64,000 nucleotides of DNA. It comes from Chloroflexota bacterium (GTDB lineage Bacteria; Chloroflexota; Limnocylindria; Limnocylindrales; CSP1-4). The stretch lies in NCBI GenBank assembly GCA_003171255.1, contig PMYK01000054.1, forward strand, positions 121,229-185,228, given 5' to 3'. The notes under the pieces are model-generated. The model saw only the letters and a list, made by a program, of their open reading frames with translations. It made no database searches and was not told the origin of the DNA. Both the position numbers and the translations under genes were made by a program. Position 1 is the stretch's first letter. The number at the start of each line of letters is the position of its first letter. This document shows, one piece after another, positions 26,724 to 35,202 of this stretch.

Positions 26724-26811
26724 TCGCCTTCCGGTTTTCGGGATCTCTCGGCGAGCGCAAGCTTCGTCTTCATCGCCTCGCTGTCGATGCCAAGTGTCCG
26801 ATAATCCCCGC

Positions 26812-27876
26812 ATGAGCTTCCCCCAGACCGCCTCCCTTACGATCACCAACCATTGCAACCTGCGCTGCCAGATGTGCGGCCAATGGAGCGAGGAGGGCTA
26901 CGTCCGCGCCAACGCCGATGGCCTCCAGCACGAGATGACTCTTGCGGACTGGAAGCGGGTCGTGGATGAGCTGGCAGCCCACCACGTAGCGGGAGTATGC
27001 GTCCGCGGCGGCGAGCCATTCATGTTCCCGGGGATCGTCGAGCTGCTCGAGTACATCCAGCCCAAAGGGATGTACGTGTCCATCGACACGAACGGGACGA
27101 TGCTCTCGCGCTATGCCCGCGACATCGTCCGCATCGGCGGGATGCACCTGACCATCTCGGTCGACGGGCCGGAGGCGATCCACGACGAGGTCCGGGGCGT
27201 TCCCGGCACGTTCGGCCGCCTCAGGGACGGCATTGCCCGCCTGAACGCGGCGAAGGGTGAAGGCGGCAACTCGGACCAGCCGATCAGCCTATCGATCTGC
27301 TTCACGATCAGTCGCTACAACTATCGGTACCTTGGCTCCATGCCCGACGTGGCTCGCAGCCTGGGGATCGAATCGATTGCCATCGTGCCCTACTACTACG
27401 TTCCGGCGTCGACCGGGGCGGCCTACGAGCGGGAGCTGGGCGGCCTCGGATGCAGCAACGCATTCTCGTGGAAGGGCTTCCACAACGAGGACTCAGGCGT
27501 GGACCCGGACGAGTTCGTCCGCCAGCTCCGCCAGTACCAGGAGAGCCTCGGCGACGTCCGCAGCTACCCGTACATGCCCCTCACCGAAGATGAGTACCGA
27601 GCCTGGTTCGCGGCCCCCCAGACCCCGGTGGGGCCGCAGTACTGTCTCAATGTCGAGCGACAGATCGACGTTCAGCCGGACGGTTCCGTGAATTTCTGCG
27701 TCGACTTCATCGACTACTCGTTCGGCAGTGTCCGCGAGACGGGCGTCGAGCAGCTTTGGAATGGCGAGCGCGCCGAGCGGTTCCGTGCCTACCGGCGCCG
27801 GCAGCCCCTGGCAGTCTGCTATCGCTGCGGGGCGAAGTACATGTCCAAGCCCTGGACCGAGTACGCGCCGGCGTAG
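26812..27876 (+). CDS. radical SAM protein with C-terminal SPASM/twitch-like Cys cluster
   Basis: 'TNHCNLRCQMCGQW' is the CX3CX2C motif, and 'GGEPFM' is present. The C-terminal cysteines are 'YCLNVERQIDVQPDGSVNFCVDF...VCYRCGAKY'. Start taken at ATG 26812. Confidence 0.8.
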   Translation: MSFPQTASLTITNHCNLRCQMCGQWSEEGYVRANADGLQHEMTLADWKRVVDELAAHHVAGVCVRGGEPFMFPGIVELLEYIQPKGMYVSIDTNGTMLSRYARDIVRIGGMHLTISVDGPEAIHDEVRGVPGTFGRLRDGIARLNAAKGEGGNSDQPISLSICFTISRYNYRYLGSMPDVARSLGIESIAIVPYYYVPASTGAAYERELGGLGCSNAFSWKGFHNEDSGVDPDEFVRQLRQYQESLGDVRSYPYMPLTEDEYRAWFAAPQTPVGPQYCLNVERQIDVQPDGSVNFCVDFIDYSFGSVRETGVEQLWNGERAERFRAYRRRQPLAVCYRCGAKYMSKPWTEYAPA

Positions 27877-27907
27877 GACTGGCTCTGCGCCAGCGGCCGG
27901 GTGAGAA

Positions 27908-28375
27908 CTAGAGTCGGACCCAGGGCTCCGCCGGCGGACCGTGGCGCACCAGGTCCTCGACGACGGCGGCGAGGCCAACCGGAAAGAACGTCTCAGTCGA
28001 GGCCCGCAATTCCGCGAGGGACCACCAGCGATGCGCGGCCACGGCCGCCGTCTCATTGTCCCCGGCCCGTCCCGGGCCCACAACTGGCGTCGCGACACGC
28101 CCCAGGAGATGCCACTCGTCCTGGTCGAGCTGCAGGCCGCGATAAGCGAACCTGGCTCGGCGCCGCAGCACGACCGGCCCGAGGTCCGCCACGTCGAGGC
28201 CGACCTCCTCGATGAGCTCGCGTCGAGCCGCCACTTCGGGTGTCTCGCCCGGTTCGATTCCGCCGCCCGGCGGATACCAGTAGCCACCCCTGTCGAACAG
28301 GAGAAGGATGCGGTCCAGCTCGTCGAACAGGAGGACGCGAGCCACGGGGCGTTTCACGACCGGCTCTGACTTCAT
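27908..28375 (-). CDS. NUDIX hydrolase
   Basis: The Nudix box is 'PGGGIEPGETPEVAARRELIEEVGL'. Confidence 0.85.
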   Translation of the reverse strand: MKSEPVVKRPVARVLLFDELDRILLLFDRGGYWYPPGGGIEPGETPEVAARRELIEEVGLDVADLGPVVLRRRARFAYRGLQLDQDEWHLLGRVATPVVGPGRAGDNETAAVAAHRWWSLAELRASTETFFPVGLAAVVEDLVRHGPPAEPWVRL

Positions 28376-28399
28376 CTGGTCGCGCCCTCGAGGACCACC

Positions 28400-30160
28400 C
28401 TAGCCGGCCTCGCCGAATACGCCGAGCCTAACCTGGCGGGCAGCGACGAGTCGGAGAGCCACCGGGATCATCTGGCGCTGCGCGTCCCAGGAGTGGCCCA
28501 GCTTGGACGGCAGAAGGGCCTGAGCGACGCCCGTCCTCATAAGCTCGTCCGAGAACGCCTTCATCTCGGCGCCGTAGAAGTCTTCATCCGGGTTGGCGCA
28601 CTGAACGACGAACATCATGTCCCGTTCCGCGGCCGGGATGGTCGCCAGACGCCGTATCGGCGACTGGCTCTTCTCATACGCGAGATTCTGGCCGAACACC
28701 AGGTCCGTGCCCGCCGTCTGGGCCGACTTCGCCGCTGCCGTGTAGTAGCCGCTGAACGAGATCGCGCTGCCGAAGAGCTCCGGATGATGGGTCAAGAGCG
28801 ACGCCGCGCAGTAGCCGCCCTTCGAGGCGCCCATCGTCGTCCTGGCGAGCGGGGTCCGGATCGTCCGGTACTCGCCGTCGACCCGGGGGATGACAGTTTC
28901 GACCATGTACTTCTCGAACCACATCTTCCCGTCGTAGCTGTTGGAGCACTCCGTGTCGCGGTACATGGGGCTGTCGGCCCAGACGAAGATCACGATCATC
29001 GGCGGCAGTTCGCCGCTCGTGATGAGCGAGGTCAGGACCGAGAAGAAGTCCATGCCGCCGGTCCACATGTTGCTGTTGTATGGCACCTCGTAGATCACCG
29101 GATAGCGTCGCAGAGTGTCACTGTCGTATCCGGGCGGCAGATAGACATCCATGGCATTGCGGCCCGTGTCGCCTTCCCAGTAATGAGGCATCTCTTCCGT
29201 GTACCAGCGAGCCTTGCCGGACGGAACGTTCGCCTTCCACGGCGTGGCCGTGGACAGGGCATGGGGCGTCACCTTGGAGCCCGGCGCCGGCCCGTCGATA
29301 AGCGGCTTCGGCATCGGCGTCGGCTCCGGCGTCGGAAGCCCTGATGAGGACATCGACGAAGCCGAAGGGGACGCGCTGGACGTAGAGCCCGCAACTTGGG
29401 CCCCCGCGGACGTCGAGAGGCTCGCGCTCGGCGACTCACCGATGTCGGCCGGGTCAGTCGACGAATTCGGGCCACCGCCAAAGAGCCCGGTCTGACCAAG
29501 CTCACTGGAATGCATCACCGAATCGGTGCCGTAGTTCAGCAGGCTGCCCAGAACCGGCCCCAGCACTACGAACACCAGGAGCGCTCCGAGCCAACTTGCG
29601 GGGATGGCGATAGATCGGGACGGGCGGCGGCTGTGCCCAATCTCCACCACAGCATTCTTCGTTCGCACTGCCCAAGCCCGAACTGGCCTCGACACGGTCA
29701 TTGCCGCCCAAGCCACGACCACGGACGCCAGGAAGATGGCCAGTCCAGTCTCGACCCAGCCGATGCGGTCCAGGCCACCGACAGCGGCGCCACCCTCCAT
29801 GGTTGTGATCGTGTCCTTGCGGAAGGCGCCGGCATCATCTGCCAGCGCCGCGAAGGTGCCGAACATCATCGCCGGACCGAGACGGTCCAGGGACAGCTCG
29901 ATCGCGCCCGCGGTGAGCGCGCCGAGCGTGAGAGCCGCCAGCAGCTCCGCCCGACCGGGATCAAAGCCCATGTCGATGAGGGTCCCGTGGAATCCGAGCC
30001 GCGTGTCGGAGAACCGCCAGAACGCGCTGATGAGCACCGCCAGGAGAAGCGCGAACGCGTACGGGGCAAATGGCTTCGTTCTTGCCACTAGCGTGCCAAG
30101 GCGCCCACTCCGAGCGAGCCTACCCCAGCGCATAGCTGGTCCCCCGGACTCGGTTGTCAT
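28400..30160 (-). CDS. polytopic membrane protein fused to an esterase-family (alpha/beta hydrolase) domain
   Basis: It has about six N-terminal hydrophobic segments and a Ser/Pro linker. The C-terminal 'YPVIYEVPY', 'MGASKGGYCAA' (G-x-S-x-G-like) and 'GHSWD' fit an esterase. GGAGAGGG precedes ATG 30160. Confidence 0.7.
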   Translation of the reverse strand: MTTESGGPAMRWGRLARSGRLGTLVARTKPFAPYAFALLLAVLISAFWRFSDTRLGFHGTLIDMGFDPGRAELLAALTLGALTAGAIELSLDRLGPAMMFGTFAALADDAGAFRKDTITTMEGGAAVGGLDRIGWVETGLAIFLASVVVAWAAMTVSRPVRAWAVRTKNAVVEIGHSRRPSRSIAIPASWLGALLVFVVLGPVLGSLLNYGTDSVMHSSELGQTGLFGGGPNSSTDPADIGESPSASLSTSAGAQVAGSTSSASPSASSMSSSGLPTPEPTPMPKPLIDGPAPGSKVTPHALSTATPWKANVPSGKARWYTEEMPHYWEGDTGRNAMDVYLPPGYDSDTLRRYPVIYEVPYNSNMWTGGMDFFSVLTSLITSGELPPMIVIFVWADSPMYRDTECSNSYDGKMWFEKYMVETVIPRVDGEYRTIRTPLARTTMGASKGGYCAASLLTHHPELFGSAISFSGYYTAAAKSAQTAGTDLVFGQNLAYEKSQSPIRRLATIPAAERDMMFVVQCANPDEDFYGAEMKAFSDELMRTGVAQALLPSKLGHSWDAQRQMIPVALRLVAARQVRLGVFGEAG

Positions 30161-30424
30161 TACCCTCTCCCCAACCCGCGAAGCAGGTACCTCAGCGGGG
30201 CGCTCGGACGCTGCCGCTCCCGCGAATAATTCTACGCTCCCGGGCGACCTTCCGACGGACGCTGCCCCCGTCAGACCTAGCCAATCGACGGCTGCCTGCC
30301 GGCGCAAGGTCGCGGCCCCGCCAGCCGATAAATCAGAGCGGCCTCGGTGGCCGCGATCTGCCTCGGCGCCGCTATGCTGAGCGAACCGGCGAGACGAGCC
30401 CGGTTGGCGACATGGAGGCACGTG

Positions 30425-31030
30425 ATGGAAGAGCCCGCTGAGTCCCAGCCCCCGCGTGGTCTGGCGGTCAGGGCCGCCGTGTCAGGCAGACTCGACACGG
30501 TCGACCAATGCCGTATGCGACTGATGGCGCTGCGGACACGGATCGAATTGAACTGGCCCACGGCAGGAGGTCGCTTCCTTCGCCGCGTCCCCGGTCTCAG
30601 CCCCGAGTCCTACGCCTCCATCGATGGTTTGCTGGTGGCTCTCCCGACGCCCCTGCCGCTGGTCGCCGGCGGTCAGCCTCAGGCGATCATCTCGGACACC
30701 GATACCGATCTGATGGCCGTGGCCGGCCGAGCAGTCGACGCCTGCTTCGCGCTCCTCGACGGGGCGACGATGGAGACGGAATACCGCGGTGACGTCACGC
30801 TCCTGGTCACCCGCCAACCCGACGACCTCGAGCCGATCGTCGTCTCGAACCCCACCGTAGGCCTCCTGGTGGCAACGATCATCGGCACGCTGGAGGCCAT
30901 TTCGGAGATCATCAACGTACCGCCGCCGACGTCTATACAGGCCGGCCCGGAGCAGGCCACGCCCGGCGCCATCGCTCCGCATGATGCCGCTGCCGAGGCG
31001 AAGCGAGGCCGTGGTGTCCCGCGTATCTGA
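30425..31030 (+). CDS. hypothetical protein
   Basis: ORF divergent from the esterase gene, with coding-like composition. No family was recognised and the start is uncertain (30347/30422/30425). Confidence 0.35.
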   Translation: MEEPAESQPPRGLAVRAAVSGRLDTVDQCRMRLMALRTRIELNWPTAGGRFLRRVPGLSPESYASIDGLLVALPTPLPLVAGGQPQAIISDTDTDLMAVAGRAVDACFALLDGATMETEYRGDVTLLVTRQPDDLEPIVVSNPTVGLLVATIIGTLEAISEIINVPPPTSIQAGPEQATPGAIAPHDAAAEAKRGRGVPRI

Positions 31031-32498
31031 TCTCTACAGGCTCAACCTGGCCACGCTGACGGACCTCTACGAGCTGACCATGGGCGCCGGCTACGCGACC
31101 GCAGGCGTGGCGGATCGCGAGGCCGTCTTCGCCCTCAGCTTCAGGACGCTGCCATTCGGGGGCGGCTATGCCGTCATGGCCGGCCTCGACGACGCCGTGG
31201 CCATCCTCGAGAGCCTGCGCTTCGACGCCGTGGACATCGACTTCCTGCGCGGCCTGCGCGCGACCGATAACCGCCCCATGTTCAATGCGCAGTTCCTGGA
31301 GCAACTGGCGGGCTTGGAGTTCACCTGCGATGTCGACGCCATACCCGAGGGAACCGTTGTCTTCGCCAACGAACCCCTCCTCCGGGTGCGAGGGCCGCTC
31401 CTCCAGGCTCAGCTGGTCGAGAGCGTGCTGCTCAATGTCATCGGCTTCCAGACCCTCGTGGCGACCAAGGCGGCCCGCGTCGTGGATGCTGCCGGCGACG
31501 GCCAGGTTCTCGAGTTCGGCCTGCGGCGCGCCCAGGGGCCCGACGGGGCGCTCTCGGCCGCCCGTGCCGCTTACATCGGCGGCGTGGCGGCAACGTCCAA
31601 CGTCCTCGCCGGCCGCCTCTACGGCATTCCGGTCCGGGGCACTCATGCCCATTCCTGGGTCCAGGTGTTCGACGACGAACAACGCGCCTTCGACATCTAC
31701 GCCGATGCCCAACCCGACAACGTGACCCTGCTCGTCGACACGTACGACTCGCTCACGGGCGTGGCCCACGCCATCGAGACCGGCCGGCGGCTCGCGGCCC
31801 GGGGGGGCAGGCTGTCCGCCATCCGCCTCGACTCAGGCGACCTGGCCTACCTTTCCATCGAGGCCCGGCGCATGCTCGACGAGGCCGGATTCACAGACAC
31901 GAAGATCGTGGCCTCGAATGACCTGGACGAACACACCATCGCCTCACTTCGCGAGCAGGGCGCCCGCATCGACATCTGGGGCGTCGGAACCAGGCTCGAC
32001 ACGTGCTACGACCAACCGGCGCTCGGCGCGATCTACAAGCTGAGTGCCATCTGCGACCCAGACGGCGGCTGGCGCTACCCGGTGAAGCTGTCCGAGCACA
32101 GCTCCAAGATCTCGATCCCGGGCGTACTCGGCGTTCGACGCTTCGTCGACCCTTCGGGCCGCTTCCGAGCGGACATGATCTACGACGAGTCACTCCCCGA
32201 GCCGCCCGACGGCGACGTCATCGTCGACCCGGCGGACGCGCTGCACATGCGGGCAATCGCGCCCGGCTGGCGCCCGATCGAGCTGGTCGAGCCGGCGATG
32301 CGCAGCGGCATCAGGTCGGGGCCGTCGCCGGCACTCGATGACATACGGTCTCGAGCCCGCAGCCAGCTCGGATCGCTTCATCCGGGGATCAGACGACTGC
32401 TGAACCCTCACATCTACCCCGTTGGCCTGGAGTTACGCCTTCACGAGCGTCGTCATGCGCTCGTCCTCGAACGACGCCGCGTGGCGCCGCCCGCCTGA
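30981..32498 (+). CDS. pncB: nicotinate phosphoribosyltransferase
   Basis: 'LTDLYELTMGAGY', 'FGLRRAQG', 'TSNVLAG' and 'GTHAHSW' are present. An alternative start, GTG 31014, has GAGG upstream. Confidence 0.85.
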   Translation: MMPLPRRSEAVVSRVSDLYRLNLATLTDLYELTMGAGYATAGVADREAVFALSFRTLPFGGGYAVMAGLDDAVAILESLRFDAVDIDFLRGLRATDNRPMFNAQFLEQLAGLEFTCDVDAIPEGTVVFANEPLLRVRGPLLQAQLVESVLLNVIGFQTLVATKAARVVDAAGDGQVLEFGLRRAQGPDGALSAARAAYIGGVAATSNVLAGRLYGIPVRGTHAHSWVQVFDDEQRAFDIYADAQPDNVTLLVDTYDSLTGVAHAIETGRRLAARGGRLSAIRLDSGDLAYLSIEARRMLDEAGFTDTKIVASNDLDEHTIASLREQGARIDIWGVGTRLDTCYDQPALGAIYKLSAICDPDGGWRYPVKLSEHSSKISIPGVLGVRRFVDPSGRFRADMIYDESLPEPPDGDVIVDPADALHMRAIAPGWRPIELVEPAMRSGIRSGPSPALDDIRSRARSQLGSLHPGIRRLLNPHIYPVGLELRLHERRHALVLERRRVAPPA

Positions 32499-32556
32499 CA
32501 TCGGCAGGCCGGCATAACCATCGACAGCATCGAGCGTCGCGAGGGTGCCCGCGCGG

Positions 32557-34551
32557 CTACTCCAGCCCCAGCGTTCCCGGGGCATCCGCCTGTGGCTCTG
32601 GCTCCGGCTCCGGTTCGGGGGCCGCGTCGGCCTCCGGGCCAGGAGCGGGCTCCGCCGGCTCGGCTGCTGCTGGCTCGGCTGCTGCCGAAACCTCGGCCTC
32701 CGCCGTCGGCTCGGCCTCCGCCGTCGGCTCGGGCTCCGTCGGCTCGGGCTCGGCCGTCGGTTCGGGCTCCGCCGTCGGCTCGGGCTCCACCGTCGGCTCG
32801 GGCTCGGCCGTCGGTTCGGGCTCGAACTCAGCCAGCGTCATGGCCCCCGCTCCGCTCTCGACCTCCTCCAGGCCGCCGTCGGGCGTGGTCCATCGCGGAT
32901 CGAGCGCCAGATGCAGCAGGGCCGGACGACCAGCCTCCAACGCCTGTCGCAGAGCCGGCTCGAACTCGTCGTCGGTTCGAACCGAAAGACCCAGCGCGCC
33001 GCAGGCTTCGGCCACGGCAGCGAAGTCCACCGGGCCAAGCTCGGTCGCCACGCCGGCGCCATTACCACGCTGCTGCTGACGCCGCCAGATCGTGCCGTAC
33101 CGGCCATTGTCGAAGATGATGGTCACGACATGCGCCCGCTCGCGGACGGCAGTCTCGAGCTCGGCCATGGTCATGGCGAAGCCACCGTCGCCGGCTAGAG
33201 CGATGCCCAGACGGCCCGGCCGCGCCAGTACCGCCCCGATTGCCGCCGGCAGCCCGTAGCCCATCGGCCCGGCCGTCGAGCCAAGGAACGTGCCCGGCCT
33301 ATGAAACCGGTAGCCTCGGGCCGCCCACGTGCCGAAGTCCCCGGCGTCCGTTGTCAGGATGGCCTCGGGAGGCAGTACTCGGGCCAGCGTAGCTACGACC
33401 CGGCCCGGGTGGACGCCAGGCCCATCCCAGGGCTCGGCGTCGACGATCGAGGCCGTCTCGTAAGCCTCGCGGTCGACTGCGTTGGCTGCCGTCCGTTCGT
33501 CCAGCGTCACCGCATCGAACGCGGCCCGGGCCAGAACCCGCTGGGCCACCCGCAGGAAGGCCGCCACATCCGCGGCCATGACGATCTCGGGTCGATACGG
33601 AGACGATCCCCCGCGCGGCTCGAGGTCGACCTGCGCCCAGCGTGTCGACGACCCTGGGATTCGATATCCGAATGTCGTCATCTCGCCCAGCCGGCAGCCG
33701 AGCACGAGCAGCGCATCGGCCTCTTCGAGCCTGGTTCGGACGCTCGCCGGCGAGCCGAGGCCGGTCATTCCGAGATACAGAGGATTGTCGTTCGGGAACA
33801 CGTCGCCCCGGCGCCACGAGGACACCACAGGCACTCGCATCGTCTCTGCGAACCGCACCAGGGCGTCGGTGCTGCGAGCCCGGAGGACGCCGGCTCCGGC
33901 GAGGATCAGCGGTCGGCGGGCGTCGGCAAGCAGATGGAGAACCTTCCGCACGAGCGTCGGGTCGGGCTCGGCATGATGCTCGGGATGGTTGCCGGCGGCG
34001 TGCGCCTCGCCGCCCCCATCTGGGACGTTCGCATCGAGCAGGTCAGCCGGAACCGACAGCACGACCGGCCCCGGACGACCGCGTGTGGCCGTCGCCACGG
34101 CCCGCTCGATGAGCTGACCGGCGCCGGCCGCGTCCTTGAGCTCCCCGGCCCACTTGACGATCGGCTCGAAGGCACGGACAACGTCGATCTCCTGGAAAGC
34201 CTCGCGGCCCTGTACCTCGCGCCTGACCTGGCCGACGATGGCTACGACCGGCGCGGAGTCGGCCCGTGCCGCCTGGAGGCCGATGGCGAGGTTCGAGGCA
34301 CCGGGTCCGCCCGCTGCAACGCAGACGGCCACCCGGCCCGTGAGCTGCGCCACGGCTTCTGCCATGAACGCCGCCGACGCCTCGTGGCGAGTGGCAACCA
34401 CCCTTATGCGGTTGGCAGCCAGCCCGTCGATCAATCCAAGGACGCTCTCTCCCGGCACGGTGAAAGCGATCTTCACGCCGGCACGAGCCAGACCCTCCGC
34501 CAGAGCCGCTCCGACCGTCATGGTGGCGCCCTGGTTCTCAGTCATCGACAT
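32557..34551 (-). CDS. thiamine diphosphate-dependent enzyme (acetolactate synthase-like) with ~100-aa acidic Pro-rich C-terminal tail
   Basis: 'VATRHEASAAFMAEA', 'GPGASNL' and 'GDGGFAMTMAELETAV' (ThDP motif) are present. GAAGGAG lies 7 nt upstream of ATG 34551. The tail is made of EPEPTA repeats. Confidence 0.8.
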   Translation of the reverse strand: MSMTENQGATMTVGAALAEGLARAGVKIAFTVPGESVLGLIDGLAANRIRVVATRHEASAAFMAEAVAQLTGRVAVCVAAGGPGASNLAIGLQAARADSAPVVAIVGQVRREVQGREAFQEIDVVRAFEPIVKWAGELKDAAGAGQLIERAVATATRGRPGPVVLSVPADLLDANVPDGGGEAHAAGNHPEHHAEPDPTLVRKVLHLLADARRPLILAGAGVLRARSTDALVRFAETMRVPVVSSWRRGDVFPNDNPLYLGMTGLGSPASVRTRLEEADALLVLGCRLGEMTTFGYRIPGSSTRWAQVDLEPRGGSSPYRPEIVMAADVAAFLRVAQRVLARAAFDAVTLDERTAANAVDREAYETASIVDAEPWDGPGVHPGRVVATLARVLPPEAILTTDAGDFGTWAARGYRFHRPGTFLGSTAGPMGYGLPAAIGAVLARPGRLGIALAGDGGFAMTMAELETAVRERAHVVTIIFDNGRYGTIWRRQQQRGNGAGVATELGPVDFAAVAEACGALGLSVRTDDEFEPALRQALEAGRPALLHLALDPRWTTPDGGLEEVESGAGAMTLAEFEPEPTAEPEPTVEPEPTAEPEPTAEPEPTEPEPTAEAEPTAEAEVSAAAEPAAAEPAEPAPGPEADAAPEPEPEPEPQADAPGTLGLE
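32691..32826. repeat. in-frame ~18-bp tandem repeat (7 units; ggctcgggctcsgccgtc) encoding (EPEPTA)n
   Basis: The units can be read directly from the sequence. They lie in the 3' end of the ThDP-enzyme gene. Confidence 0.8.
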
Positions 34552-34595
34552 TGCCGCACTCCTTCGGATCCCCACGCCGGCTCAGCGGGTGGGTC

Positions 34596-35087
34596 TCACC
34601 GATAGTTCGTGAACTGCAACGGGAGCGGTTCATCCAGTTCCCTGAGCTTGGTGATCACCTTCTGCAGGTCATCCTTGTTCTTGGCGAAGACGCGAAGCGC
34701 GTCGCCCTGGATCTGCGGCTTGACCTTCGGAAATTCGTCGCGAATGAGCTTGCTGAGCTTGCGAGCAAGGTCCTCGTCCAAACCTCGCCGGAGACCGATG
34801 TGCTGGCGAACCTTGTCTCCACCGGCCGGCTCGAGCTTGCCCCAGTCGAAGATCTTGAGTGAGAGACTACGCCTGACCGCCTTCGACTCGATCAGCTCTC
34901 GGATCGCCTTCGCCCGAAACTCGTCGTCGGTCATGAGGATGAGCTCGGTCTTCGCCTGCGTCAGATCGAAGGTCGCACCCTTGAAGTCGTAGCGCTGCTG
35001 CACTTCACGCCGGACCTGGTCGAGCGCGTTGCGCATCTCCATGTCGTCGAAGTCGCTCACTACGTCGAATGAGGACTCACCAGCCAT
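34596..35087 (-). CDS. yajQ: YajQ-family nucleotide (c-di-GMP)-binding protein
   Basis: 'SFDVVSDFDDMEMRNALDQVRREVQQRYDFKG' and the C-terminal 'PLQFTNYR' are present; the 163-aa length is typical for UPF0234. Confidence 0.85.
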   Translation of the reverse strand: MAGESSFDVVSDFDDMEMRNALDQVRREVQQRYDFKGATFDLTQAKTELILMTDDEFRAKAIRELIESKAVRRSLSLKIFDWGKLEPAGGDKVRQHIGLRRGLDEDLARKLSKLIRDEFPKVKPQIQGDALRVFAKNKDDLQKVITKLRELDEPLPLQFTNYR

Positions 35088-35202
35088 TGGCTCTCCTGAT
35101 CACTATCGCCCGATACGGGCATCTACCGAGCCGAGAGATTGTGCAGTACGTGGCCCAACTTAGGGGACCGGAATATCGAACGGCTGGTGCTAGTGTCCCA
35201 CG

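Noticed and set aside
30161-30421. 87-aa N-terminal extension of the esterase ORF.
   Set aside because: A strong SD (GGAGAGGG) precedes the internal ATG at 30160, and the extension has non-protein-like composition.}
32691-32826. Regularly spaced short repeats that could superficially suggest a CRISPR array (also 54011-54040).
   Set aside because: The units are contiguous 18-bp (or 6-bp) tandem repeats with no spacers. They are in frame within coding sequence, and no cas genes are present.}
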